64,000 nt of DNA, from positions 15,810 to 79,809 of the forward strand of contig CAWBOE010000009.1 of NCBI GenBank assembly GCA_963790295.1. Direction: 5' to 3'. The notes beneath the pieces are model-generated. The model had not been told where the DNA came from, did no database searches, and saw nothing but the letters and a program-made list of their open reading frames with translations. Below, piece after piece: positions 11,332 to 22,187 of the stretch (position 1 is the first letter of the stretch; every line of letters starts with the position of its first letter). A program made the position numbers and the translations under genes. The stretch comes from an uncultured Actinomycetota bacterium. Lineage in GTDB: Bacteria; Actinomycetota; Actinomycetes; Propionibacteriales; Nocardioidaceae.

Positions 11332-11413
11332 TCGAGTTGCGGCGTGCCGAGTTGCGACGCTGTCACGGCGCACTGAAGCTTGGACGGAGGCGCAACTCGC
11401 GAACATCGCGGAA

Positions 11414-11520
11414 TGTGAGAGCGCTTCCACATTGAACGATCCAATCTTTACGCGGGTATTGACACGGCCATGTGGCGCCGGTCATAGTCCGACGCAACCG
11501 AGAGTGGAAGCGCTCTCACA
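11414..11520 (+). promoter_or_regulatory. ceb operon promoter with two CebR/CelR-type operators
   Basis: TGAGAGCGCTTCCA (11416-11429) and TGGAAGCGCTCTCA (11505-11518) resemble the CelR/CebR box TGGGAGCGCTCCCA; -35 TTGACA at 11459-11464 and -10 CATAGT at 11483-11488. Confidence 0.85.
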
Positions 11521-11538
11521 CCCACCAGGAGGCACCCG

Positions 11539-12819
11539 GTGTACCGCAGCACCCCACGGATGGCCCTGACCGCGGCCTCGGCGGTCGTCCTCTCCCTCGG
11601 ACTGGCCGCGTGTGGCGGCGACGACGGTGACGGCGGCTCCGGCAACGGAGGCGACGGGCCGGTCGAGATCACGATCGCGACGTTCAACGAGTTCGGCTAC
11701 GAGGACGTCATCGAGGAGTGGAACGCCGACAACCCCGACATCCAGGTGACCCAGAAGAAGGTCGGCACCTGGGACGAGGCCAAGGAGAACCTCTACACCA
11801 AGCTGGCCGCAGGCTCGGGACTGTCGGACATCGAGGCGATCGAGGGCGACGCGATGCCGGCGATCCTCGCCGAGTCGGACGCGTTCGTCGACCTCACCGA
11901 CCCTGCGCTCGACGGCCGGTGGCTCGACTTCAAGGCCGAGGCGGCGACCAATGCCGACGGCCAGATGATCGGCTACGGCACCGACGCCGGCCCCGAGGGC
12001 ATCTGCTACCGCGCAGACCTGTTCGAGAAGGCGGGCCTGCCGACCGACCGCGACGAGGTCGCCGCGTTGATGGGTACCTGGGAGGACTACTTCGCGACCG
12101 GCGAGGAGTTCGTCGCGAAGGTGCCGGGCACCGCGTGGTACGACTCCACCGGCGGCACCGCCCAGGCGATGCTCAACCAGGTCGAGAACCCCTTCGAGCA
12201 GTCCGACAACACCATCGACGTCGAGAACCCCGAGCTCCAGGCCGTCTACGAGACGTTGACCGCCAACGTCGAGAAGGGTCTGTCCACCAAGCTCACCCAG
12301 TGGAGCGAGGACTGGACCGCGTCCTTCCAGAAGGACGGCTTCGCCACCATGGCCTGCCCGGGCTGGATGCTCGGCGTGGTGTCGGGCAACGCCGACGGCG
12401 TCGAGGGCTGGGACTTCGCCAACGTCTTCCCCGGCGGCGGCGGCAACTGGGGCGGCTCGTTCCTGGTGGTGCCGCAGCAGTCGGAGCACCCGGACGAGGC
12501 CAAGGAGTTCGCGGCGTGGATCACCGCGCCCGAGCAGCAGGTGAAGGCGTTCGAGGCGATCGGGACGTTCCCGAGCCAGGTCGAGGCCCTGTCGTCGCCG
12601 GAGATCCTCGACGCCACCAACGAGTTCTTCAACAACGCCCCGGTGGGCCAGATCCTCAGCGACCGCGCGGCCGCGATCACGGTCCAGCCCTACAAGGGTC
12701 CGAAGTACTCCGACATCCTGCAGGCCTTCCAGGCCGCGCTCATCCGCGTGGATGACGGCAGCAACTCGCCCGACGAGTCCTGGCAGACGTTCCTCTCCGA
12801 CGTCGACCAGCTCTCCTGA
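11539..12819 (+). CDS. cebE: Cellobiose/cellodextrin ABC transporter substrate-binding lipoprotein
   Basis: Lipobox LAAC; ATFNEFGYED, KLAAGSGLSDIEAIE and GGGNWGGSFL; context with GH1 and LacI genes. Confidence 0.88.
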   Translation: MYRSTPRMALTAASAVVLSLGLAACGGDDGDGGSGNGGDGPVEITIATFNEFGYEDVIEEWNADNPDIQVTQKKVGTWDEAKENLYTKLAAGSGLSDIEAIEGDAMPAILAESDAFVDLTDPALDGRWLDFKAEAATNADGQMIGYGTDAGPEGICYRADLFEKAGLPTDRDEVAALMGTWEDYFATGEEFVAKVPGTAWYDSTGGTAQAMLNQVENPFEQSDNTIDVENPELQAVYETLTANVEKGLSTKLTQWSEDWTASFQKDGFATMACPGWMLGVVSGNADGVEGWDFANVFPGGGGNWGGSFLVVPQQSEHPDEAKEFAAWITAPEQQVKAFEAIGTFPSQVEALSSPEILDATNEFFNNAPVGQILSDRAAAITVQPYKGPKYSDILQAFQAALIRVDDGSNSPDESWQTFLSDVDQLS

Positions 12820-12843
12820 CGGCACGGGACACGGGACTGCACC

Positions 12844-13905
12844 GTGCCTCAGGATGTCGAGGTGAAGTCCGGGGACGTCGCCCCTCGCGATGAGCGCAGC
12901 GCGGCGTCCCCGGCCTCCCCTCCCACAGAACCACCCGCCGTACGACGTTCGGCGTCTCGCCGAAGCTCTCCGTGGCGGGAGCGGCTCAGCCGCTGGGACG
13001 TGCGGTTCTCGCCGTACGCGTACATCTCGCCGTTCTTCGTCCTGTTCCTGGTGATCGGGATGTTCCCGCTGGTCTACACGGCGGTCGTCTCGGTCTACGA
13101 CTGGAACCTGATCGGCGGCAAGGGTGAGTTCGTCGGGCTGCAGAACTACCGGGACGTCGTCGGCAACCCGTACTTCTGGAAGTCCGCGGTCAACACGCTG
13201 AGCATCTTCGTGCTCTCGTCCGGTCCCCAGATCATCATCGCGCTCGCCCTGGCCGGGCTGCTGGACACCGCCCTGCGCGGCGCGACGCTGTGGCGGATGG
13301 GCGTGCTGCTGCCGTTCGTGGTCGCGCCCGCCGCGGTGGCGATCATCTTCGGCAGCCTGTTCGGTGACCGCTACGGGCTGATCAACGAGGGCCTCGGCTG
13401 GCTGGGGTTGTCGGGCGTGCCGTGGCACACCGACCGGCTGGCCAGCCACGTCGCCATCGCGACGATGGTCAACTGGCGCTGGACCGGCTACAACGCGCTG
13501 ATCCTGCTGGCGGCGATGCAGGCCGTGCCGCGCGACCTGTACGACGCCGCGGCGATCGACGGTGCGAGCCGGCTGCGTCAGTTCACCTCGGTCACGGTGC
13601 CGAGCATCCGGCCCACGGTGATCTTCGTGGTCATCACCTCGACGATCGGCGGGCTCCAGATCTTCGCCGAGCCACGGCTGTTCGACACCACCCTCGCCCA
13701 GAACGGCGGCAGCGACCGCCAGTTCAGCACCATGACGCTGCTCGTCTACGACTTCGGCTGGCACCTGCGCGACCTCGGCCGCGCCTCGGCGACGGCATGG
13801 CTGCTGTTCCTGCTGATCATCGTGATCGCACTCGTGAACTACTACCTCTCGCGGCGGTTCGGGACGCTGGCACACCTGCGGCGGCACGGAGGGAGGCGGC
13901 GATGA
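12844..13905 (+). CDS. cebF: Carbohydrate ABC permease
   Basis: YAYISPFF, NWRWTGYNALILLAAMQ, EAA-loop-like DLYDAAAIDGAS and STIGGLQIF. Confidence 0.88.
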   Translation: MPQDVEVKSGDVAPRDERSAASPASPPTEPPAVRRSASRRSSPWRERLSRWDVRFSPYAYISPFFVLFLVIGMFPLVYTAVVSVYDWNLIGGKGEFVGLQNYRDVVGNPYFWKSAVNTLSIFVLSSGPQIIIALALAGLLDTALRGATLWRMGVLLPFVVAPAAVAIIFGSLFGDRYGLINEGLGWLGLSGVPWHTDRLASHVAIATMVNWRWTGYNALILLAAMQAVPRDLYDAAAIDGASRLRQFTSVTVPSIRPTVIFVVITSTIGGLQIFAEPRLFDTTLAQNGGSDRQFSTMTLLVYDFGWHLRDLGRASATAWLLFLLIIVIALVNYYLSRRFGTLAHLRRHGGRRR

Positions 13906-14721
13906 CGCGGCGTCCCGGGTTCCTCGTCTACGGCCTGCTGTCGGCGTTCATCGTCGGCTCGGCGCTGCCGCTGTACTGGTCGTTCCTGATCGGGTCGCAC
14001 ACCAAGGAGGTCGATCACCCGCGACGTCCCGCCCTTCCTGCCCGGTGGGCACTTCATCTCCAACGTCCAGCGGGTCTTCGACTCCGTGCCGTTCTGGAAG
14101 GCGCTGGTCAACAGCCTGATGGTCTCGACGGTCGCGGCGACGTCGGTGGTGTTCTTCGCGACGCTGGCGGGCTACGCCTTCGCCAAGCTGAGGTTCCGCG
14201 GCAACACCCCGCTGCTCATCTTCGTCGTGGTCACCATGGCCGTGCCGACCCAGCTGGGCGTGGTCCCGCTGTTCATCGTGATGGCCGAGCTCGGCTGGAC
14301 CGGCACCGTGTGGGCCGCGATCGTGCCGTGGATCGTCACGGCGTTCGGCGTGTTCTTCATGCGGCAGTACCTCGTCGACGCCGTGCCCGACGAGCTGATC
14401 GAGGCCGCCCGCGTCGACGGGTGCAGCCAGTTCCGGACGTTCTGGACCGTCGCGGTCCCCGCCGCGCGCCCGGCCATGGCGGTGCTGTGGCTGTTCACCT
14501 TCATGCAGGTGTGGACCGACTTCTTCTGGCCGCTGATCGTGCTGCCGGCCGAGAACCCGACCGTGCAGGTCGCGCTCAACCAGCTCCAGAGCGGCTACTT
14601 CAAGGACTACGCCCTCGTGCTCGCCGGCACGTCGCTGGCGACGATCCCGCTGCTCGTCCTGTTCGTCGCCACCGGCCGCCAGTTCGTCGCCGGGATCATG
14701 CAAGGAGCCGTCAAGGGATGA
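13902..14721 (+). CDS. cebG: Carbohydrate ABC permease (1-nt indel near 14012)
   Basis: MTRRPGFLVYGLL joins the frame with LAGYAFAKLRFRG, DELIEAARVDG and GIMQGAVKG. Confidence 0.85.
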
Positions 14722-16205
14722 CGACCCCCCTCACCACCCAGCCCGCCGCCGCTCTCTCGGAGGCCGTGTCCTTCCCCCCGGGTTTCGTCTGGGGCGCAGC
14801 CACGGCGGCGTACCAGATCGAGGGGGCCGCCTCGGAGGACGGGCGGTCCCCCTCGATCTGGGACACCTTCTCCCACACGCCCGGGATGGTCGCCAACGGC
14901 GACCACGGCGACGTGGCCTGCGACCACTACCACCGGATGCCCGAGGACGTCGCGCTGATGGCCGAGCTCGGGCTGGCGTCGTACCGGTTCTCGGTGTCCT
15001 GGGCCCGCGTGCGCCCCGACGGCGGCCCGGTCAACGCTGCCGGGCTGGACTTCTACGACCGGCTGGTCGACGAGCTGCTCGCCCACGGCATCGACCCGTG
15101 GCTGACGCTCTACCACTGGGACCTGCCGCAGGCCCTGGAGGACCGCGGCGGCTGGACCGACCGCGACACGGCGTACCGCTTCGCCGACTACGCGACCTCG
15201 GTGTACGACGCCCTGGGCGACCGCGTGCCGACCTGGACGACGCTCAACGAGCCGTGGTGCTCGGCGTTCCTCGGCTACACCTCGGGAGACCACGCGCCCG
15301 GCCGCCAGGAGGGCCCCGCCGGCCTGGTGGCCGCACACCACCTGCTGCTCGGGCACGGCCTGGTGCTCGACGCGCTACGGGGCAGGGACGAGGTGAGGTG
15401 GGGGATCAGCCTCAACTGCACGGTTGCCGACCCCGTGTCCGACCAGCCTGTGCACCTCGACGCGGCCCGGCGGATCGACGGCTTGCACAACCGGTTCTTC
15501 CTCGACGCCGTGCTGCGCGGCCACTATCCCGCGGACGTCATCGAGGACACCGCACACCTTGCCTGGTACCACGCCGTCCGTGAGGGCGACCTCGCGCTCA
15601 TCGGCGCACCGATCGACGTGCTGGGCGTGAACTACTACCACGGCGACGCGGTGTCGGGCCATCCTCAGGTTGAGGGGCCCACACACGCACCGCCGACGAA
15701 CCACCACGGGGTCGAGGCCCGGCGAGGAAGGTCGCCGTTCCCGTCGGCCGAGCACGTGTCGGTCGTCCCCCGCGACCTGCCGCGCACGGCGATGGACTGG
15801 GAGGTGCAGCCAGACGGGCTGCGCCGGCTGCTGGTGCGGATCCACGACGACTACCTGAGCGGGCACAGTGCGCCCCCGCCGATCTACGTGACCGAGACCG
15901 GGGCGGCGTACGTCGACCGGCTGGCGGACGGCCGCGTCGACGATCCCGAGCGCCTGGCGTTCCTGGACTCCTACCTGCGTGCGGTGCGCGACGCCATGGG
16001 CGAGGGCGTGGACGTCGGTGGGGTGTTCGTGTGGTCGTTCCTCGACAACTTCGAGTGGGCCTACGGATACGACAAGCGGTTCGGCATCGTGCACGTCGAC
16101 TACGAGACGCAGCGACGGACGCCGAAGGCGAGCGCGCTGTGGTACTCCCAGGTCGCCCGGACGAATGAGCTGGCCGCGGTCTCGACAAGCTCGACCGGCG
16201 GTTAG
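14718..16205 (+). CDS. bglC: GH1 beta-glucosidase
   Basis: FVWGAATAAYQIEG, TLYHWDLPQ, TLNEP, YVTETG and DNFEWAYGYDKRFG. Confidence 0.93.
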   Translation: MTTPLTTQPAAALSEAVSFPPGFVWGAATAAYQIEGAASEDGRSPSIWDTFSHTPGMVANGDHGDVACDHYHRMPEDVALMAELGLASYRFSVSWARVRPDGGPVNAAGLDFYDRLVDELLAHGIDPWLTLYHWDLPQALEDRGGWTDRDTAYRFADYATSVYDALGDRVPTWTTLNEPWCSAFLGYTSGDHAPGRQEGPAGLVAAHHLLLGHGLVLDALRGRDEVRWGISLNCTVADPVSDQPVHLDAARRIDGLHNRFFLDAVLRGHYPADVIEDTAHLAWYHAVREGDLALIGAPIDVLGVNYYHGDAVSGHPQVEGPTHAPPTNHHGVEARRGRSPFPSAEHVSVVPRDLPRTAMDWEVQPDGLRRLLVRIHDDYLSGHSAPPPIYVTETGAAYVDRLADGRVDDPERLAFLDSYLRAVRDAMGEGVDVGGVFVWSFLDNFEWAYGYDKRFGIVHVDYETQRRTPKASALWYSQVARTNELAAVSTSSTGG

Positions 16206-16215
16206 CGTGACGGCG

Positions 16216-17223
16216 ATGAACAGCAATCCGACGCTCGACGAGGTGGCCCGGGTCGCGGGCGTCTCGCGGGCGACGGCGTCGCGCGCGATCAACGGCGGGT
16301 CGCGGGTCAGCGTGGCGGCGCAGCAGGCGGTCGACCAGGCGGTCCGCTCGCTCGGCTACGTGCCGAACCCCGCCGCGCGCAGCCTGGTCACGCGACGTAC
16401 TGACTCCGTCGCGGTGATCGTCCCCGAGCCCGACGAGCGAGTGTTCAGCGACCCGTTCTTCGCCCGTACCCTGCGCGGCGTCGACCGCATGCTCGCCGCC
16501 AGCGACCTCCAGCTGGTGCTGCTGCTCGCGACGCCCGGGGCCGAGGGGGCGCGCACGATGCGCTACCTCTCGCACCGGCACGTAGACGGCGCGGTCGTCG
16601 CCTCCCACCACCGCAACGACGGGCTGGCCGACCACCTGATCGCGATCGGGCTGCCGTGCGTGTTCGTGGGCCGGCCCTGGGTCGGCGACCGGGTGACGTA
16701 CGTCGACGTCGACAACGTCGCCGGCGGCCGCGAGGCTACGCGGGTCCTGATCGACCGCGGCTGCACGCGCATCGGCACCATCGCCGGGCCCGCCGACATG
16801 ACCGCCGCCGTCGACCGACTGCACGGCTGGCACGAGGCCATGGGCGCGGCCGACCTGCCCACCGAAGCCGTCGCGATCGGCGACTTCACCGAGGCCGGTG
16901 GCGAAGCCGCCGCGCGCGAGCTGCTCGACCGCCACCCGGACCTCGACGGCATCGCCGTCGCGTCCGACCTGATGGCGGCCGGCGCGCTGCGGGTGCTGGC
17001 CGACGCCGGCCGGCGGGTACCCGACGACGTGGCCGTGGTGGGGTACGACGACCTCGGCGTCGCCGAGCGGACCTCACCACAGCTGACCACCGTGCGCCAG
17101 CCCATCGTGGAGATGGCCGAGCGCGCCACCCGCCTCCTGCTGGAGCAGATGGACGGCACCGGCCCGGCCGGCGCGATGCGGGTCATCATCCCGCCGGTGA
17201 TCGTTCGGCGGGAGAGCGCCTGA
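16216..17223 (+). CDS. cebR: LacI-family repressor CebR/CelR-like
   Basis: PTLDEVARVAGVSRATASR, YVPNPAARSLVTRRTD and FSDPFF; cognate operators upstream of cebE. Confidence 0.88.
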   Translation: MNSNPTLDEVARVAGVSRATASRAINGGSRVSVAAQQAVDQAVRSLGYVPNPAARSLVTRRTDSVAVIVPEPDERVFSDPFFARTLRGVDRMLAASDLQLVLLLATPGAEGARTMRYLSHRHVDGAVVASHHRNDGLADHLIAIGLPCVFVGRPWVGDRVTYVDVDNVAGGREATRVLIDRGCTRIGTIAGPADMTAAVDRLHGWHEAMGAADLPTEAVAIGDFTEAGGEAAARELLDRHPDLDGIAVASDLMAAGALRVLADAGRRVPDDVAVVGYDDLGVAERTSPQLTTVRQPIVEMAERATRLLLEQMDGTGPAGAMRVIIPPVIVRRESA

Positions 17224-17335
17224 CCGGATCGGCCGCGTTCCCGGCGGTGAGCTAGCGCACCGTTCAGCCCGAGACAACGGTGGCAGGGGTTCACCGCCTG
17301 CCCGAGGTCACTACCCTCGGTCATGGAGGTGGGGC

Positions 17336-20236
17336 ATGCACGTCGTGGTGCTGGGGCCGGTGACCGTGGGGGTCGCCGACGGCACGGCCAGCCCGGCAAG
17401 CGAGCCCGGGCGCTGGCGGCGGTGCTGGGGCTCTCGAGCGGCAAGGCGAAGGTCCACCGACCACCGAGGAGCTCGTTGCGCGGGTCTGGCCCACTGCACC
17501 GCCCGACCCGGTCGCTGCCCTCGACGGGCTGCGAGCCCAGCTCGGCCACAGCACGACCTTCGACACGGACGCGGCGCGGTTCGCCGAACTCACCCGGCGC
17601 GCGGACGAGGACGCGGCCGCGGGCAACCTCGCCGCAGCCGAGGCCACGCTCGGCGAGGCACTCGGCCTCTGGCGGGGCGAGGCGCTCGAGGACGTCCGCG
17701 ACACGACGTACCTCCAGCAACAGGCCCGGCGGCTCACCGAGATGCGGCTGACGGCGATCGAGGACCGGCTCGACCTTGCCGTCGGCCAGGACCGCGCCGG
17801 GGACTTGCTCGACGAGATCCGCGCCGACGTCGACGCCCACCCCACCCGCGAGCGGCTGTGGGCGCTGCTGATGAGCGCGCTGTACGCCAGCGGTCGCCGC
17901 GACGAGGCGATCGCGGTGTACGCCGAGGCACGAGCCACGCTCGCCGACGAGCTGGGCATCGAACCCGGGGAGGCGCTGCAGCAGCTGCAGGCCGGCATCC
18001 TGCACAACGGCCCCGACGGGCCGGCCGTAGGCACGACCGACCGCACGTCGGTTCAGCCACGCAAGCGTGCGCGGATCCCGGTGCTGGCCTCGACCACCTA
18101 CGGCCGGGACGAGCTACGGGCCGAGGTCGCCGCGCTGCTCACCGACGAGGACGTCCGGCTGGTCACGCTCACCGGGATCGGCGGCAGCGGCAAGTCGCGG
18201 GTCGCGACGCTGGTGGCCACCGCCGTGCAGGAACGCTTCGCCGACGTCGCCTACCTCCAGGTGACCGAGGCGGTCGACGCCGGGCAGCTGGTCGGAGAGA
18301 TCGCGCTGGCCCTGGACGGCTCGCTCACCGGCGACCCCGCCGACGCACTCGCCGCGCTGGATCCCGCGAAACCCGTCCTCGTCGTGCTCGACAACCTCGA
18401 GTCGCTCGACGCGGGCGCCGGCGTGGTACGGCGCCTCCTCGACGTGTCCGCTGCCCTCACTGTCCTGGTCACCAGCAGGCTGCCGCTGCGGACCGAGGGC
18501 GAGCACGAGCTGCCGGTCCCGGCGCTGGACGTGCCCGGTACGGCGGCCGACCTGGCCGCCGTCGCGGCCGCGGCCTCGGTGCAGCTGTTCGTCGACCGGG
18601 CGACCAGCGCCGAGCCGACCTTCCGGCTGGCGGGACACGAGCACGACGTGGCGGAGGTGTGCAACCTGCTCGACGGTCTGCCACTGGCCATCGAGCTCGC
18701 CGCGGCGCGGGTCAAGCTGCGCAGCCTCGACCGCATCATCGACGGGCTGCGCACCAACCTGGACCTCCTGGCCACCGGCTCGCAGGCGTTGCCCGAACGG
18801 CAGCGCGCGATGACGACGGCGATCCGCTGGAGCTATGACCGGCTGACGGCCGACGCCCAGCTGGTGTGCGACCGGCTGGCGCTGTTCGAGCGAGGTTTCA
18901 CCATCGAGGCGGTCGAGGCGGTGTGTCCCGACGTGGCCGAGGTGATCGAGTCCCTGGCGACGATCGTCGACGCCCGGCTAGTGCGGCAGATGCCGAGCCG
19001 CGCCGACGTCCGCTTCGTGGTGCTGGGCACGGTCCGGGCGTTCGCCCGCGAACGGCTGCTGGTCCGGCCCGACCTGATGCGCAGCCGCGAGCTCCTGGCC
19101 GCCCATCTGACCCAGCGCGCCGAGGAGGCCCGGACTCGCCTGTACGGCGCCGACGGCGTCCTGGCCGCCGCCCGCTTCGACGACGACGCGGCCGACATCG
19201 CGGCCGCGGTCGAGTGGGCCCTCGAGTCCGGGCGCCGAACCGTCGCCGTCGAGCTCATGCTGGCCAGCCTCGACTGCTGGGTGGCGACCGACCGCCACAA
19301 CGAGGCGCTCGGCCTCACCGTTCGGGTGCTCCAGGACGTCCCCCAGCAGGGCCCGGAGGCTGCCCGGCTGCTCGCTGCGGCGACCCTGCTGTCCCACCAG
19401 CTCAGCGACCACGACCAGGCCATCGACGTACGCCCGGCTGGCCCTGGAGCTGGCGGAGCGACACGGCGACCGGGTCTCGGCGGCGACGGCCCGTACCTTC
19501 CTCGGCGCGGAGCTGGTGTTCGCCGGTCAGTTGACGGACGGAGTGGCGCTCGCTGAGGCCGCGGCTGCGGAGGCGGAGGCGCTGGACCTCTACCCGCTGT
19601 CGACGCAGGCCCTCACCGTGCTGGCGATGGCGCTGGCGTTCAGCGGCGACTTCGAGGGCGAACGCCGCGCCCACGAGGCCAAGCTGGCGATGGTGCGAGC
19701 GAAGGGTGACGTTGCCCGTACCGCCGACGTCCTCAACACCCTGGCCGAGATCGCCCTGGACGACGGCGACGGCGAGGGCGCCCACGCCTTCGCCGTGGAG
19801 GCGCTCGGCGATCGCCGGGCAACGCTTGCCGACCGTGGCGCGCGACACCGGGATCACGTTGGCGCGCGCTGCCCTCCTTCGCGGCGATATCGCCGGGGCC
19901 GCGCACCGGCTGGCCGAGGCGCTCGACCAGAGCGACCGCCTGGGCCAGGCGTTCGCCGTCGCCCAGTGCCTGCGCGTGGGTGGCTGTCTGGCCGCGGCTC
20001 ACGGCGAGCCCGATAGAGCAGTCCGGCTGTTCGCCGCGGCGCAGAGCCTCTCGCCGTCACCCGGCGGCGGCGACGTACCTCCCGAACAGGACTTGGCGGC
20101 GACGCTGGTGGAGGCCCGGACCACGTTGGGGGAGCAGGCTGCCCGGCGCGCCTGGACTCTCGGCTCGGGGCTGCCGCTCGCCACGATCCGCGGGCAGCTG
20201 GCCGAGCTGCTCGGCCGGGTCAGCGCCCCTGCGTGA
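17336..20236 (+). CDS. AfsR/SARP-like regulator: BTAD, NB-ARC/STAND ATPase and TPR (several indels)
   Basis: LWRGEAL and HPTRERLWALLMSALYASGRRDEA (BTAD); GIGGSGKS P-loop; LVVLDNLE, LDGLPLAIELAAAR and AIRWSYDRL; frames join near 17400-17520, 19430 and 19815. Confidence 0.85.
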
Positions 20237-21167
20237 GGGCCTGGGTCGCCGCTTGCAGGTCCTTGGTCCACTCCGCGCCGAACAGGTCGCGACCCGACGG
20301 GTCGGCCGCCCACTCCAGCGACTCGGGCGTCACCGGCAACGGCTCGAACCGGTCGAGCACCTCCGGCCGCAGGGGGTCGGCGCCGCTCTTCTGCTCCAGG
20401 AAGTAGGCCAGCAGTCGCGCCCGGGCCCGCAGGCTGACGAGCAACGGCTCCACCGCCTGAGGGTCGTCACCGAGGTGGGCCTCGAGCTCGACGAGGTCCT
20501 TGCGCAGCTCGGCGATCGCCACCAGCACGCGCGTTCCGTTGCGGGACGTGGCGATCAGCGGCGTCCAGTCGCGCAGTGCCACCAGCAACCGCCGGATGCA
20601 CTGGTCGACGAGCTCTTTGCGCCACTCGGGGTCGCTGGTCTCGGGCAGGGTCGCCGGCCACGTGCGCGGGTCACCCGTGCGGTCGATGCCATCGCGATGC
20701 AGCCGCTCGCGACCCTGCCGCAGCCACTGGAGCGGCTTGCCGGGCGCCCAGGTCCAGCCGTGGGCGTCGGGCGGCTCGGGTGACGACAAGAAGGCGATCC
20801 CCACTTCGGCGTCGACGAGGTGGTCGACGATGCCGCCGAGACCCGCGGCCGTGACACTCTCGTCCAGCCGCTCCTGGGCCCGCAACTGGCCAGCCTCATA
20901 GGACAGCAGGCCGACGCCGAACAACAGCACGGTCTGGACGATGCCGCTCACCACTCCGTGCTCGTCCCAGAACTCGTTGATCGCCGGGGTCGGCCAGTCG
21001 GTCAGCGGCCAGTCGGTGGCGATCAGGAGCATCAGCAGGACCGCGCAGCCGCCGGCGAACAGGGCAGCGGCCCGCGCCGTGAGCTGCTGCTTGCGGGCCC
21101 GGTCGGCGAGACGCCAGACCAGTACGGCGATGCCGATCTCGACCAGCAGCAAGAGCACCGCCGTCAC
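20220..21167 (-). CDS. Hypothetical membrane protein (about 3 N-terminal TM plus helical soluble domain)
   Basis: Clean 315-aa ORF; its GTG overlaps the inferred TGA of the upstream RelA/SpoT gene. Confidence 0.75.
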   Translation of the reverse strand: MTAVLLLLVEIGIAVLVWRLADRARKQQLTARAAALFAGGCAVLLMLLIATDWPLTDWPTPAINEFWDEHGVVSGIVQTVLLFGVGLLSYEAGQLRAQERLDESVTAAGLGGIVDHLVDAEVGIAFLSSPEPPDAHGWTWAPGKPLQWLRQGRERLHRDGIDRTGDPRTWPATLPETSDPEWRKELVDQCIRRLLVALRDWTPLIATSRNGTRVLVAIAELRKDLVELEAHLGDDPQAVEPLLVSLRARARLLAYFLEQKSGADPLRPEVLDRFEPLPVTPESLEWAADPSGRDLFGAEWTKDLQAATQALTQGR

Positions 21168-22175
21168 GACGATCCCTCCAGGGCCTCACGTACGGCGGCG
21201 CACTCACGGTCCAGTGCCTCCGCAGCGGCCGGCTCGGTGACCTCGCGGCGGGCGAGGTATTCGGCGCCCGAGGGCGAGCCGCAGCGCGAGGTCGGCGACG
21301 TACGACGCCGTGGCCCACGGCCGCGTGGCGCGCACGGTCCGCGCCAGCTCCGGTCCTCGGAACACCCACTCGCCCACCAGCGTGGTCGCCTCGTCGGCGG
21401 TGGTGACCCCGAGGCCGGTGAGCACGGTCCTCAGCGCCGCCGCCCACTCGACCGGCTCGGCGCCGTTCTCGTCGCCGGCGAGCCGCTCGGCCCAGGCCCG
21501 CACCCCGGCCACGTCGAAGCCCCCCGCGTGGGCGTCGTCGAGCATGCCGGCGGTGTCGCCGTGGGCCAGCCGCACCGACATGAACTCCTGGTCGGCCAGC
21601 TCGAGCAGCCCCGCCAGCGCGATCAACCGGCGGCGCACCTGGTCGGTGGGCGCCCGCTCGCCCTTGTACATCAGGTCGTGCTGCAGTGCCGCCCACGCGT
21701 GCTGGAGGATCGACCGGACCTGCAGCTCAATGACCTGGTCGGACACGCCGAGCTCTTCGCGCTGCTCCTCGCGGAACCTAACCAGGAAGTGCAGGCTCTG
21801 GTAGCCGGGTACGTCCAGCAGGGAGTCCGCGCGCTGGTCGGACATCTCCTCGACGACGTACAGCCGCTGCACCAGCCGCGCGACCGGCGCCACGTCGGCG
21901 CTGAGCGGGACGAGCACCCGCGCACCGACGAAGTCGGTCAGCTCGGCGGCGGGGTCGGCGTACTTGAAGCCACCGCGGCCGTCGGACTTGGTCGCCTTGT
22001 CGAGGAAGCTGTCGAGCGACTTGGTGCGCGTCTCCAGCCGAGCGTCATCGAGATGGGCGGCGCGCAGCGCGCTGCCGAGGTGTTCGAGGAAGGCTGCCTC
22101 GAGGGCCTGGAACTCTCCGACGTGCTGCTCGAACCAGGCCCGCAGCTCCTGGCGCCGCGCCTCGCGGGTGGTCAT
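21164..22175 (-). CDS. RelA/SpoT-domain small alarmone synthetase-like protein with C-terminal extension
   Basis: RTKSLDSFLDK, LTDFVGARV, GYQSLHFLV and ELQVRSILQHAWAALQHDLMYK; removing 1 nt near 21268 extends the frame (LGAEYLARREVTEPAAAEALDRE...) to TGA at 21164. Confidence 0.88.
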
Positions 22176-22187
22176 CGGCTCGCCACC

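Noticed and set aside
11332-11569. Apparent C-terminal extension of TypA to 744 aa
   Set aside because: A 2-nt indel near 11310 bypasses the natural stop, and the extension runs through the ceb promoter and operators.
13422-16205. 927-aa ORF suggesting a permease-glucosidase fusion
   Set aside because: Artefact of the cebG indel; bglC starts at ATG 14718, overlapping the cebG stop.
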